Below the pieces are notes generated by a model, which did not search any database, was not told the DNA's origin, and saw nothing but the letters and a program-made list of their open reading frames with translations. This document shows positions 1 through 17,340 of a stretch of DNA of 64,000 bases, one piece after another. Source of the DNA: Eledone cirrhosa (Eukaryota); the NCBI GenBank assembly GCA_964016885.1, contig OZ024749.1, positions 39,742,001 to 39,806,000 of the forward strand, written 5' to 3'. Position 1 is the stretch's first letter. Every line of letters begins with the position of its first letter. Both the position numbers and the translations under genes were made by a program.

Positions 1-59
<59 letters not shown>

Positions 60-152
60 TGTAGTAGTAGTAGTAGTAGTAGTAGTTGTAGTAGTAGTAG
101 TAGTAGTAGTAGCAGTAGTAGTAGTAGTAGTAGTAGTAGCAGCAGCAGCGGC

Positions 153-194
<42 letters not shown>

Positions 195-195
195 T

Positions 196-232
<37 letters not shown>

Positions 233-242
233 CAGTAGTAGC

Positions 243-274
<32 letters not shown>

Positions 275-293
275 CAGCAGCAGCAGCAGCGGC

Positions 294-325
<32 letters not shown>

Positions 326-535
326 AAGCAGCAGTAGCAGCAGTAGCAGCAGCAGTAGTAGTAGTAGCAGCAGGAACAGTAGTGGTAGTAGTAGTAGTAT
401 TAGTAGTAGTATTAGTATTAGTAGTAGTAGTAGTAGTAATAGCAGCAGCAGCAGCAGCAGCAGTAGTAACAGCAGTGGTAGCCGGATTAGCAGCAGTACC
501 AGCATTAGTAGTAGTAGTAGTAGTAGTAGTAGTAA

Positions 536-580
<45 letters not shown>

Positions 581-593
581 CAGTAGTAGTAGC

Positions 594-625
<32 letters not shown>

Positions 626-644
626 CAGCAGCAGCAGCAGCGGC

Positions 645-676
<32 letters not shown>

Positions 677-883
677 AAGCAGCAGTAGCAGCAGTAGCAG
701 CAGCAGTAGTAGTAGTAGCAGCAGGAACAGTAGTGGTAGTAGTAGTAGTATTAGTAGTAGTATTAGTATTAGTAGTAGTAGTAGTAGTAATAGCAGCAGC
801 AGCAGCAGCAGTAGTAACAGCAGTGGTAGCCGGATTAGCAGCAGTACCAGCATTAGTAGTAGTAGTAGTAGTAGTAGTAGTAA

Positions 884-924
<41 letters not shown>

Positions 925-925
925 A

Positions 926-957
<32 letters not shown>

Positions 958-981
958 TATTAGTAGTAGTAGTAGTAGTAT

Positions 982-1022
<41 letters not shown>

Positions 1023-1067
1023 TAGTAGTAGTAGTAGTAGTAGTAGTAGTAATATAGTAGTAGTAGT

Positions 1068-1124
<57 letters not shown>

Positions 1125-1125
1125 G
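1..1125. repeat. (GTA)n/(GCA)n trinucleotide tract with internal ~350-bp duplication
   Basis: Marker GCCGGATTAGCAGCAGTACCAGCATTAG at 481 and 829; CAGGAACAG at 371 and 722. Confidence 0.95.
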
Positions 1126-1167
1126 AAGAGCAGCCACAGCAACAGCAGCAGTAGTTTTGTCCTCTTC

Positions 1168-1211
<44 letters not shown>

Positions 1212-1559
1212 TATCATTGCCTTCATCGTCGTTCCTCTATTCCTTCGTTCTCTAATTATATATTCCCATATTCTTCTATTCTTAATGCCCCAATTCCTCC
1301 ATACAGTAATTTCCTTATTCTTACATGCCGTAACACCAATATTCTTCCATTCGACATTTACGTCATTCTTGCCTTCTGTAATTCCTCTATTCTCTCTCCA
1401 CTCACCTCAATATTTCTTTATTTCTTCTTAAACACTTCCTCTATCTCCTCTAAATATTCCGTTCCCCATTCCATTCCGTAGTTATTATCATTATTCCGTC
1501 GTTCTCTCATTCCATCACCTATCATGTTGTGACATATGGCTGCACTGTTGCTACTGTAA

Positions 1560-1718
1560 CACAGCCTGTTGCACTTCTAGCCTGTTGCAGCTTCTTGCAG
1601 TTTGCTGCACCTGTTGTTGTTGTAGTTACTGCAGTATGTTGCCACTGTTGTAGTTGCTGTAGTAGTTGTAACTGCAGCCTATTACTGCAACAAGCTGTTG
1701 TTGTTACTGATGATGCAT

Positions 1719-1757
<39 letters not shown>

Positions 1758-3040
1758 CAGTTGTTGTTGTTGCTGTTGTTGTAGAACATTATTGCTTTTT
1801 GTTGCAGTATGTTGCTGCTGTTGTTGCTGTTATTACTGCTGTTGTTGTTACTTCCGTTGCTGCCGTTGTTGTTAACTGCTGCTGTTGTTACTGTCGTTGC
1901 TATTGTTGCTGCTGAGGTAGTGTGATGTTGCTGTTGCTGCTGTTGTTATAACTGCTGCTGTTGCCGTTACTGCTGCTGCTGTTGTTACTGCCGTTGTTAT
2001 TGTTGCTGCTGAAGTAGTGTGATGTTGCTGTTGCTGCTGTTGTTATAACTGCTGCTGTTGCCGTTACTACTGCTGCTGTTGCTGCTGTGTTGTAACTGCT
2101 GATGTTGCCGTTACTACTGCTGCTGTTGTTACTGTCGTTGCTATTGTTGCTGCTGTTGTAGTGTGATGTTGCTGTTGCTGCTGTGTTGTAACTGCTGCTG
2201 TTGTTGTTACTGCTGCTGTTGCCGTTACTACTGCTGCTGTTGTTACTGTCGTTGCTATTGTTGCTGCTGAGGTAGTGTGATGTTGCTGTTGCTGCTGTTG
2301 TTGTTACTGCTGCTGTTGCCGTTACTACTGCTGCTGTTGTTACTGTCGTTGCTATTGTTGCTGCTGGGGTAGTGTGATGTTGCTGTTGCTGCTGTTGTTG
2401 TTACTGCTGCTGTTGCCGTTACTACAGCTGCTGTTGTTACTGTCGTTGCTATTGTTGCTGCTGATGTAGTGTGATGTTGCTGTTGCTGCTGTTGTTGTTA
2501 CTGTCGTTGCTATTGTTGCTGCTGGGGCAGTGTGATGTTGCTGTTGCTGCTGTTGTTGTTAACTGCAGCTGTTGCCGTTACTACAGCTGCTGTTGCTGCT
2601 GTGTTGTAACTGCTGATGTTGCCGTTACTACTGCTGCTGTTGTTACTGTCATTGCTATTGTTGCTGCTGTTGTTGTTAACTGCTGCTGTTGCCGTTACTA
2701 CTGCTGCTGTTGCTGCTGTGTTGTAACTGCTGATGTTGCCGTTACTACTGCTGCTGTTGTTACTGCCGTTGCTATTGTTGCTGCTGTTGTAGTGTGATGT
2801 TGCTGTTGCCGTTACTACTGCTGCTGTTGTTACTGTCGTTGCTATTATTGCTCCTGTTGTAGTGTGATGTTGCTGTTGCAGTTACTGCTGCTGCTGTTGT
2901 TACTGTCGTTGCTATTGTTGCTGCTGTAGAGTCTTTTTGCTGTTTTTGCTACCTTGTTGTTGTTGATGATGTTGTTAGTCTTGTTGTTGCTGGTATTACT
3001 GGTATTGTTGTTGCTGCTGTTGATGATGCTGTTGCAGTAG
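1560..3040. repeat. Cryptic GTT/GCT-rich tandem repeat
   Basis: Recurrent GTAGTGTGATGTTGCTGTTGC and GCCGTTACTACTGCTGCTG modules. Confidence 0.9.
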
Positions 3041-3049
3041 TGCATAGAT

Positions 3050-3198
3050 TGTAACCGTGAGTGAATCTGTAACATGGAAACTGATGGTCTGTATCCCTTA
3101 GTCACACCCTGAATCTCCCTGAGAATTATATTTCACTAGCATGTCGTTCAGTTGATGGATCATTTGGATCTCTTATCGTCGGAACTGACGGAGATCCA
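3050..3198 (+). mobile_element. 3' part of a dispersed SINE-like repeat (related copy at 20480-20588)
   Basis: Ends in TCGTCGGAACTGACGGAGATCC; the other copy ends in TCATCGTAACTGACGGAGATCC. Confidence 0.55.
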
Positions 3199-3243
3199 CT
3201 TCATTTCATATTATTAAATTCAATATACATAACCCCCCCCCCC

Positions 3244-3920
<677 letters not shown>

Positions 3921-4337
3921 GGTGAGTGTGTCTGTGGATTAAGATATTTTAATTATGCTACACATTAAACTCTTAAGTTGAACCCCTTAAGGGTCTATAA
4001 AAAGGGCGGGGAGGGCGCCCTTATATTATATTTTTCTGCTCTCAGTTCAAAACCATATGTTATCCAGTGAAGAAAAACGATGTTTGTATCCATGACAACA
4101 GCAGCAGCATCACCGTTACTTTGATATCAAATAAAACCTCAAATCTCTAAACGTACACGTGACGTATTGCAGGTAACACATGTTATAATTAGTTGCAGCA
4201 TAACACAATTGAAACATGCTGCGCTATGTTGCACTGACATATTGCACTTTGCACATGCCCTCCACTTTAACTAACTGCATTAACTTTACATACATCACAC
4301 GCTGGAGTTCTGCAAATCTCTCTTCCTTACTCCTTTG

Positions 4338-4354
4338 TTCGTTGTTGTTGTTGC

Positions 4355-4389
<35 letters not shown>

Positions 4390-4417
4390 CTGATGTTGTT
4401 GCTGAAGTTGTTGCTGT

Positions 4418-4449
<32 letters not shown>

Positions 4450-4453
4450 CTGC

Positions 4454-4509
<56 letters not shown>

Positions 4510-4549
4510 CTGCTGTTGTTGTTGTTGCTGTTGTTGTTGTTGTTGTTGC

Positions 4550-4586
<37 letters not shown>

Positions 4587-4640
4587 GGCCATCATCATCA
4601 TTATCATTATCCTTTTCTCCATCATCATCATCACCATCAC

Positions 4641-4672
<32 letters not shown>

Positions 4673-4715
4673 CCACCATCATCATTACCATCATCATCAT
4701 TATCATCACCATCAC

Positions 4716-4750
<35 letters not shown>

Positions 4751-5015
4751 CCATCATCACCACCATCATCATTACCATCATCATCATTATCATCACCATC
4801 ACCATCACCATCATCATCACCATCACCATCATCATCATCATCATCACCATCACCATCATCATCATCATCATCATCATCATTCTATTCATCATCCTTTTTC
4901 CTCTTCTTCCTTTCCACCAACACTCCTCTTCATCATCACCATCATCATCGCCATCCTCCTCCTCCTCACCCTTCTTTCCTGTCTCCTTCACCACTACCAC
5001 CACTTCATCATCACT

Positions 5016-5054
<39 letters not shown>

Positions 5055-5205
5055 GTCGTCGTCGTCGTCATCATCACCATCATCATCATCCTCACCATTC
5101 TTCTGTCTGCTTCAAAACCACCACCACCATCATCATCATCATCCTTTTTTTCTTCTCCTTTCCCACCAACACCCCTCCTCTTCATGATCATCATCGCCAT
5201 CATCA
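4338..5205. repeat. (GTT)n followed by (CAT/CAC)n microsatellites
   Basis: Direct reading. Confidence 0.95.
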
Positions 5206-5345
5206 TTCTCTCATTCCATTATTCTCTTACGCCTTTCACTCACATGCCTTCACATAAATATATGAAGGCACGCATTATATATGATATAATATGGTACACG
5301 CACATACAACACATACATACATACATACATACATACATACATACA

Positions 5346-5433
<88 letters not shown>

Positions 5434-5611
5434 GTATGCATATATATATATATATATATATAAATATATATATATATATGTATGTATATGTGTGTATATA
5501 TATATATGTATAAAAGAAAGTCAGGCTTTTTTATATCCCACACGTGGAAAAATATAGGAAAAAGAAGTTGAAAATGCAAATGGTGGCGACTTTAACAAGA
5601 TTTAATAACAA

Positions 5612-5646
5612 CTGTATCGGTTTCACGTTTGGATGATTTTCAAAAG
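5612..5646 (-). ncRNA. Degenerate hammerhead-like motif, U3-A8 variant (family D)
   Basis: Minus strand CTT TTGAAAA TCATCCAAACGT GAAA CCGA TA CAG; upstream CTCCATCTCA shared with the 13434 and 39049 copies; stems imperfect. Confidence 0.4.
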
Positions 5647-6543
5647 ATAAGTGAGATGGAGAAATGCGTGGCGCATCTGTGTAGTATGAAACATGTGATA
5701 TAAAGGTCCAATCAATCTTACAATAGATATTATCGTCTTTTTAATGGAAGACATGTTTAGAAAATGAAGTATTTCGTGTACCTGAATAATTACATATTCT
5801 GCAAGAATCGTTTTTGTATTTCTATTTAGTCCTTAATCACCTCATGTTTCACTGTCATCCGCAATAGAAACTGTAGCTTGATAAACTAATACTTTATAAA
5901 GGTGTATGGCATTGAAAGAAAGGAAAAATATTCCAGTTATTGCATTTAACCCGACTAACTAATGCTTTAGAAAGCTATACACCATTGAAAGAGAAGGAAG
6001 ATATCACATTTATTGCGTTTCTATAGCAGAAAAACATTTTTTTTTTGTAGTATTCATAATGTAGTATTCATAATGGAAAATTATGGACTGTTTTGTTGTT
6101 GTTGATTTTTTTTGTTTATATTAGCTATGAAATAGGTTAGGTTCTTGGTGCAAATATCGCTAACCATAACTCTAATAAATATGTTTACTATAAACATATG
6201 ACAACATTACAGTAAACATTTAAACTAAAGGAATGATTGTACCATCTAACCATCCACTTCATACTTCTGCAGTTATGAATATTAGTGGTCTGTTTATAAG
6301 GTGTTCTTGCTTTGAGTGTATACGGTTTAGAATAGATGCAATGTAACTCCGCATTTCGTAACAGGCTACGAAGAAATTTATATACAAAATTGCCTCTGAA
6401 ATGACTTAATTATTAACATAAAGCTTATTATGTGGCTAGGGATGTATAAACCTTGCTTTAACAGGAAAAATGGCCTTGGAACGTTTGTTATTTATAATGT
6501 ATTTTATCTTTGACTTCGCGTGCGTGTATGTCTATGTGCGTGT

Positions 6544-6665
<122 letters not shown>

Positions 6666-7084
6666 CAGATATATATGCTCTCGTAATTTTTAATTCTGCA
6701 ATCATGTTAGAAAATCATTTTCATTTGATATACATAAATAAAACTGCTTCCTCTCGCTCCGTTTTATATTTATTTTTTCATATATTTATTCAAATATCAA
6801 CATCGTTTGCGTATGTACACCTTTGAGACAAAATGGCTGACCTGTTTACAAATTATCATTTTATAAAATCAACATGACAGAGTGGAGTGAATCTCGTCTC
6901 GTTGAGAAGATTCCTTTTAGATTTTTATCTAAACTAAATCTTCAAATCTTCAAATAACCGTATTCTTTCTGACTTTCTGTTTTTGGTAGATTTTTTTTTA
7001 TTTCGTTTAACTTCTTTTCCTTCTCTGCTAATGCAAATATTAGTCCTCCAGTTATTATTTTAGTAGTTGGCTTACTTATGATAT

Positions 7085-7142
7085 CACTGCTGTTGTTGTT
7101 GTTGTTGTTGTTGTTGTTGCTGTTGATGTTGTTGTTGTTGCT

Positions 7143-7173
<31 letters not shown>

Positions 7174-7777
7174 TTGTTGTTGCTGTTGTTGTAGTTACTG
7201 TTGTTGCTGTTGTTGCTGTTGTTGTTGTTGGTGGTGGTGGCTGTTATTGTTGTTGCTGCTGTTGATGTTGTTGTTGTTGTTGTTGTTTGTGTTACCTTTG
7301 CTGCTGTTGCTGTTAATGTTACCTTTGTTGTTGCTGTTGTTGTTGGTGTTGTTGTTGTTGCTGTTGATGTTACCTTTGTTGTTGTTGTTGCTGTTGTTGT
7401 TGTTGTTACCTTTGCTGCTGCTGCTGCTGTTGTTGTTGCTGTTGATGTTACCTTTGTTGTTGTTGTTGTTGATGTTACCTTTATTGTTGCTGTTGTTGTT
7501 GTTGTTGTTGATGTTACCTTTGCTGCTGTTGCTGTTGCTGTTGTTGTTGTTGTTGCTGTTGCTGTTACCTTTATTGTTGTTGTTGCAGCTGCAATTGTTG
7601 TTGTTGATGTTGTTGCCATTGCTACTATTGTTGCTGTTGTTGCTGCTGCTGCTTTTCGTTGTTTTTGTTGGTGTTGTAGCTGTTGTTCGTTGCTCTTATT
7701 GTTGCTGTTGCTGCTGCTGCTGTTGCTGCTGCTGCTGTTGTTGCTGCTGTTGCTGCTGTTCTTGTTGCTGTTGTTTC

Positions 7778-7809
<32 letters not shown>

Positions 7810-7862
7810 TTGATGCTGCTGTTGCTGCTGCTGTTGCTGCTGCTGCTTCTGCGGCTGTTTCT

Positions 7863-7935
<73 letters not shown>

Positions 7936-8080
7936 TTGTCGTTGATGTTCACTTTTAACATTGTTAGCTTAATGGTGACGTCGTTCTTAATGAGTACCCT
8001 TCCTGTCATCCTCCTCCTCCTCCTCCTCCTCCTCCTCCTCCTCCTCAACACATACATCATCATCATCATCATCATCATCA
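7085..8080. repeat. (GTT)/(GCT) microsatellite with GTTACCTTT interruptions, then (CTC)n and (CAT)n
   Basis: Direct reading. Confidence 0.95.
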
Positions 8081-8227
8081 CTGTCATGGACGTCATCCCC
8101 CCCCCCCCACGACAGAGACTGGATCGTGTAGAAACGATTTGTTACAAAACGAAAAACTCAAATTGAAACTGTTCCGGAAATATTCTATTATTTCGTTTGA
8201 ATTCTGTTTTATCACACATTGATCATG

Positions 8228-9095
<868 letters not shown>

Positions 9096-9726
9096 TTTGC
9101 ATGTGCATGTACGTGTGTATGTACCTAAGTGTGTATATATATATTCTATATAATATATCTCTACTTAATTCTCGTCTATACGCTAATCTGTAGATGTTAT
9201 TCTATGCTTTCTCGTTTACGTTCTCGTTAGATGCAGAGATAGAAGCGAGAAATAAAATTCGTGACGAACCAACATAAAGAAAATAACACAAAAACACACA
9301 CACAAAAAAAAAGAACAAAATCACCTGAGATGAAGAAAAAAAAAACCCATCAAATTACATATGCAAAAACGACAAAAGTAAAAAAAAAAATAACGAAAGC
9401 AAGTTCTGATTAGTTTCTTATAAGTGAAAAAAAATATAAGCGCGGAGAAAGAAAAAAGAAAATGATAGTTCGTGTCTTGAGATGAAATCATATAATATGT
9501 GTTGGTGGAGGAAAATAAAATGTCGGACCTAACTAAATTTCACTTAATCAGAGAACGCTAACGCTGGATGAGAAACACGGCAGAAAGAGCAGAAAAGAAA
9601 AAAAAAAATATATATGGTGAATCGCAGTAGAATGATTAAAGGAGATAAGCTATGGATGGTGATGATTCTTAGTGACATATATTGCATATGAACGTACGAG
9701 CGTCACTAGTTGCATATACTGGCATA

Positions 9727-9784
<58 letters not shown>

Positions 9785-9990
9785 TATATATATTGTTCAA
9801 CAGACGGAGAAACAGAGAGAGAGAGAGAGAGAAAGGGGGAGAGAGAAAGGGAGATAGAAAGAGATAGGGATAGAAAGACATGCAATTATATGTATGTGTA
9901 TTATATGTATATATATTTATGTATATATATAATATATATATATTATATATATGTATATATATAATATATATAATATTTATATATATATAA

Positions 9991-10047
<57 letters not shown>

Positions 10048-10313
10048 ATATATAATTATATATATATATATATAATTATATATATATATATATATAATTA
10101 TATATATATATATATACACACATATGTGTGTATGTGTATATATATACAAATACATATATATGTTTTTGTATGTATATATATGTATATATATGGGTATCTA
10201 TTATCCATATATGTATACTTGTGACACATAAAAGTTTGCATTCAGTTGTATCGATCGCTTCTTTCTCTCTCTCCTTTTCTTCTCTTTATCACCCAATATA
10301 TATTAATATATAT

Positions 10314-10712
<399 letters not shown>

Positions 10713-10777
10713 TCATTTACCTTTATCTATCTATGTATATACATACATACTTGAATACATAAACATCCATCCATAAT

Positions 10778-10839
<62 letters not shown>

Positions 10840-11086
10840 CAAAAGAAGTTGAAAATATATAAAATTGACACATAACATATACACATACATACTCACACAC
10901 ACACATACACACACACAAATACACACACGCTCACACACACACATTTATATGTGACAAAGAGAATGTGAGAAAGAGAGTGAGAGAAATATTGAGAGGGAGA
11001 GAGAGAGAGAAATATTGAGAGGGAGAGAGAGAAATCAGAGTGAGAGAGAGAGAAATACAGAGTGAGAGAGAGAGAGAGAAATACAC

Positions 11087-11133
<47 letters not shown>

Positions 11134-11341
11134 GAGAAATAAATACACAGAGGGAGAGAGGGAGGGAGAGCGAGCGAGCGAGCGAGCGAGAGAAATACAC
11201 AGAGTGAGAATAGAAATATTCAGAGTAGAAAAGAGAAATATAGAGTGAGAGAGAGTAATGCAGAGAGAAGAGAGAGAAATATATATATATATATATATAT
11301 ATAAATATATATAAGGGGAGAGAGACAGAGAGCGGGGCAGT

Positions 11342-11409
<68 letters not shown>

Positions 11410-11821
11410 CATAGAGAGAGAGAGAGAGAGAGTATGGGTGGTTGGATGGTTGGCGAGAACAGGAGGGGAATGGAATGACGGAATGACATATTGGGGTGGT
11501 TATTGCTGTGACAATGTGAGAACTGGGATAAAGTATGTCGTTTGGTGTGAAAGGCCAACATGGCTGTCCTAATATATTTTTACATTCCCTTCTCTTTCTC
11601 CTTCTTTCTTCCCTTTCTTTCTTTACTTCCTTCTTTCCTTTTTTTTCCTTCATCCCTCCATCTTTCTTTCTTTCTTTCTTTCTTTCCTTTTTTTCCTTCC
11701 TTCCTTCCATCTTTCTTTCTTTTTCGTTCCAGTAACCCTCCGCAGTGACATGATTCGAATGCAGCGTTCTGTTGTTATTGTGGTTATTGTTGTTTATATA
11801 TGTATGTATATGAATATATAT

Positions 11822-11894
<73 letters not shown>

Positions 11895-11919
11895 CATACA
11901 TACATACAGATATATATAG

Positions 11920-12030
<111 letters not shown>

Positions 12031-12035
12031 GTATG

Positions 12036-12066
<31 letters not shown>

Positions 12067-12082
12067 GGATAAATATATATGA

Positions 12083-12116
<34 letters not shown>

Positions 12117-12455
12117 GTCTATATATATGTCTATATATATGTATATATATATATAAATATATATGAATATATATATGTATATATATATATATGTCTATAT
12201 ATATGTACATATATATGTATATATATATATAAATATATATGGATAAATATATATATATATATATATATACATATATACAGTTCCCTTTCTTTTTGTTTCT
12301 GTCTGTATCTCTTCCAGGCACTTTCAAACGAATTGTGAAAGACATTACAATTACACAAATATGCAAACACATGTTACAAAGAAAGTTATGTGGGAACCAG
12401 AACTATAGTCGCGCACACAGATGCACACATACAGACATACAGACTTGCACACACA

Positions 12456-12560
<105 letters not shown>

Positions 12561-12624
12561 TTTTTTTTTAACGATCGACTTTCGTCAAATCGGACCGAGG
12601 AAACAAGTTTTCCGGTGGTCTTTC

Positions 12625-12750
12625 CAGCAACGTGAAATAAAGTGTCTTGCTCAAGGTCACAACGGATCTCGCCCAGTACAGGAATCGAACTCACAACCTC
12701 AAGATTGTGAATCAATCCAATTCTCTAACCACTCAGCCACACGCCTTCAC
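12625..12750 (-). mobile_element. SINE family S2, 5' part
   Basis: Minus strand A-box-like GTGGCTGAGTGG, B-box GTTCGATTCC, then GTGACCTTGAGCAAGACACTTTATTTCACGTTGC. Confidence 0.8.
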
Positions 12751-13194
12751 TTGCTTCACCATTTTGTTTGTTTACCCTCGCGTCCCATTTATTTACGTGT
12801 CCCAACGTCTTTTTTTAGCCGTTGCTCGCACCAACCGGAGGTATATGGTCTTTAAAGCGATGAAATGCCTATGATGGTTGGAAGATCACTGATGAAGGAC
12901 AAACTTTTTTCATATGTAACCCATTTACAACTCTGCAGCGCCCTTATTTATATATATATATAGATATACGCATACATAATGGAGAAATAATGGTGGGTCA
13001 CGTGATAAATGACGTCAACGTTGTTTTTGTTCTTTGTTCCCAAAACATCGATAAAAACATATGTACTTGCATTCATAACATACATATATAATACATACAA
13101 ACATGTATATGTATATATAGCTTAATGAACCGAAACCGTCGTGATTTCCAGAGGTAGGCTGAAGAGAAGGGACTTCTGTTTTCCTTTGTTTTGT

Positions 13195-13288
<94 letters not shown>

Positions 13289-13334
13289 GTATATATATAT
13301 ATATATATATATATCAATATATATATGTATATAT

Positions 13335-13396
<62 letters not shown>

Positions 13397-13433
13397 TCAG
13401 AGCAAACAGCACGGACACTCTATCTCAAAATTA

Positions 13434-13470
13434 TTTTTGAAAAGCATTTAGAAATGCGCAACCGGTAAAA
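13434..13470 (+). ncRNA. Hammerhead-like motif, U3-A8 variant (family D), GAAA mutated to GCAA
   Basis: TTT TTGAAAA GCATT-TAGA-AATGC GCAA CCGG TA AAA. Confidence 0.5.
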
Positions 13471-13608
13471 ACTTAAAAACTTAAAACCACAACTGAATAC
13501 TAACCCATACAATCACTAATACTCTTTTATTCCTAATTAAACCATTTTTCAACTGTGAACAATGTCAGCATTTTCTATTCCGTTTACATATATATATATA
13601 TATGTGTT

Positions 13609-13684
<76 letters not shown>

Positions 13685-14043
13685 TAGGCCGAATTCACTT
13701 GCAAACCGTCAGAGATTCGATTTTACTGATTTCCAATTATATATATATATATATATATATAAGCTTTTTGGGAAATTTATTGGCTAATATAAATATACCT
13801 TATGGGGAAATTATTAGAGAATTTAATAGCGCAGTAGATTATGATGGCAGCTGATAAATTCATTGGGTTTGAGCTAGATGGTTCTGATATGGACTGACTT
13901 ATGTGTGGAAGGAGATATTTCAGGCAGATTCACATGCTTAATCTCATGAAATTTAATAGCTCTACTCTTTGGTGATGACAGCCTCATCTAACGTGAAATT
14001 TACTTTCCTTCTACTTCACTACCCACATTAACCTATTAACCAC

Positions 14044-14421
<378 letters not shown>

Positions 14422-14601
14422 GATAGATATAGATATACACACACATATATATATATATATGGTGTATGTATATATATATATGTATATATATACACATATA
14501 TATATAGTTATAGATATACATACATATATATATATATTTATATATATAATACACACACAATCATACATACACATATATATATATCCATATATATTATATA
14601 T

Positions 14602-14637
<36 letters not shown>

Positions 14638-15049
14638 AGTGTGTGTGTGTGTGTGTGTGTATTGGCGAACACGCGCATGAGTACTCATTGCCATATATGA
14701 TATTAATAGTTTTTCTGGCCTGTTATTCTATATTGAGGAATTTAAAAATTGGAATATGAAGATCAGTTTTGATGTGCGTAGGCGTTCTTGCAATTAGTCT
14801 CTTAGAAAAGAAAAATGAACCGCTCGACAGAAGGATCCATTTTACGTGTTAATAAATTGGTTATTTGACTTAGTGTTTCTTATGTGGTGTAACTAACCAT
14901 GACAATGATCTAAATATGAGATTGCAAGGCAAGAACAAGGTACTTTATGGTTTAGTTAATGGTATCAATACAGTCAAAATGAAATTAAAACTGTTCCTCT
15001 TTCAGCCAGAAAATGAGGAGTTTCAATTAATTGCGGCACTTAAATGAGC

Positions 15050-15084
<35 letters not shown>

Positions 15085-15090
15085 GAGAGA

Positions 15091-15151
<61 letters not shown>

Positions 15152-16287
15152 TGCTTAGAATAATAACGATTTTCCAAAATATGTTAGGAAAGAAAAAGAA
15201 ACAACAGATTATTGCAAGAGTCATTTGGAAGTCGTTTTAGTGATTTTTGCTGATGAATAGAAACACACAGAAACATTTGTAAACCCATATTCACGCGGTG
15301 AATTAAAAAATAATGAAAATCCCTTGTAACATACAAATGGAATTTATTAACTTGAAAAGAAATTTATTATCAAAATGGAAATACGATGCTCTTCCCTCAA
15401 TTCCAAATACTGTTGACATGATTCATTTCGAGTGATCATTTACTATATGAACATTTTTCAGAAAAATAGAAAATGAAATGTCCAGATTTGCATACGTCGT
15501 TTCGGAACGATATACAGATGTGATGAAATGGTATACAGATGTAAAGAAATAATTTCACCCTTGAAATTGATAGATAAGCAACCCTCCTCAACCTCACCAC
15601 CAACAAGAAAAAATAAAACAACACAAAAAACGAGGTCTTAGGTCACGATTGATTGAAATTGCAAGACGTCTCGGCTCTTCTCTATAACTAATTTAAATAC
15701 AATCATTAGAAAATGTGGCGAGATCAAAGAGACGCAGCAGTCTCTAATGTTTATATTTTGTAACATATTAAATCATTATAGCGTGTAAAGATGCTACATA
15801 TGTCTATATTAACTAATTTTATACAAGATTTGAAAATAATCGAACATTTTGAGGAATTTAGGAATATAAAAACGTTTCCCGTTATATGGTTATTTTTTTA
15901 ACATAAAATTATAATGGAAGGTTTTTATTTAGATAAATATAAATGCTTTAAAACAAACTGTGTTGTGAACCAGAGGGTATTTGAGGTGGTTTGGTATCAA
16001 AAGTGCTAAATAAAAGGTTAAGTAAATTCATTTTTTAATAAACCTGTTCCACCATTTCATACCTATATTCAATATATTAATCTAGATATTAGATTTGTTT
16101 CCTCCATTATTTATTTATTTATCTATTTATTTATTTAGCAGAATAAATTGATTGTTTGTATTTTTTCTGTGTCAATAAAAGTATATTTTGGTTTATTTCA
16201 TTAAGTATCTTAGTACACACTTAACTACAAATTAGTATGTTGAATTAGTTATTTCCTTGTTTAAGATGTTTTTTGTAGGTTTACAGA

Positions 16288-16425
16288 CCGTATTTTTCCG
16301 AGTGTAAGATGGACCCTTATTTTAAAGAAAAACTTTTGAGGAAAAAGTTAATAATCACTATACCTAAACATTTCGATATCAAATTTATTTGTAAAAACGT
16401 GCGTCCTCTACACCGGAAAACACGA
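16288..16425. mobile_element. Degenerate MITE (Tc1/mariner-pogo type)
   Basis: Imperfect TIRs CCGTATTTTTCCGAGTGTAAGATGGAC and GTGCGTCCTCTACACCGGAAAACACG. Confidence 0.55.
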
Positions 16426-17154
16426 TGATTATTTAACAGTTGCGATTCACGGTGAATCCGCAACAATGGCGGCAAATTGGTTTGTTTTCCGCAGCTTCTG
16501 ACGAAAATAACATTCGGCATTAGATAATGTTGTTATTTTTTTGCTGTTATCAACATGCCTGAATATACTTTAACATTTTAATGTTTTAATCATTAAATCG
16601 ACGTCCACTGATATATCTGATACAGACACGCTTTAGTCTACAACGAAACGAACCTTCAAATCTACTGACATGCAACTCAACACTGGAATGAAATTTGTAA
16701 GTGGTTCATATTTCTGAGACTTCCACCGACGAAACCTTTACATAATTGATAATGGAGAATTGAAAGTAAAAACAGAAGCAATGGCTGAAGTATAAGTTTT
16801 CCAGATATACACACGATAAAACTGCAATATCAGGTTTCGTTGAGATCCGGAAGGATTGATGGCAAACTGCTGCATTTGGTTCTATTTGAACTCGCCATAC
16901 CTTATGTATTTGGCACCACAGATAGAATAAATAGAATAGTGATAGCAGTAAATGTAGTTGCAAGAACAACAATGGTTGAAGCTGAATAGTTGTATAAGGA
17001 TCCAATGAGAATAGAAATGAAGTGATTGTTGACGAAAGTGTTAGAAGAAGCCTTGACAGTCTGCCTCTGTCTTGTGGGCGAAAGGGGGGGGGGGGGAGTT
17101 AGTTGGGAAGTTTTGTAATATACAAGAAAGGAAATAAATAATTTTCTATATAGA

Positions 17155-17340
17155 TAATTGGTTCTACTATAGGCACAAGGCCAGCTATTACCCAGTGCAT
17201 TACTGGTACTTTATTTTATCGACCCCGTAAGGATGAAAGGCAAAGTCAACCTCGGCGGGATTTGAACTCAGACCGTAAAGGGACGTAACTATGCTGGAAA
17301 GCATGGCGTCCGACTCTCTACTGATACTGCCAATCCACTG
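17155..17340 (-). mobile_element. tRNA-derived SINE family S1, full length
   Basis: Minus strand A-box TGGCAGTATC, B-box GAGTTCAAATCC, central GCCTTTCATCCTTACGGGGTCGATAAAATAAAGTACCAG; more than 12 copies in the window. Confidence 0.9.

Noticed and set aside
3990-4020. TATAAAAAGGGCGGGG promoter-like motif (similar at 55344-55360)
   Set aside because: Short motifs with no downstream gene evidence.
13848-13962. Hammerhead-like CTGATAA...GAAA TTTAA TA
   Set aside because: Core and stem I cannot both be satisfied.
15248-15270. CTGATGAATAGAAAC
   Set aside because: No room for stem II; chance match.
16620-17070. Unique sequence with short ORFs
   Set aside because: Stops in all frames checked and no recognisable protein family.
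17155-17340. tRNA genes suggested by A and B boxes
   Set aside because: No cloverleaf; the boxes belong to SINE heads.
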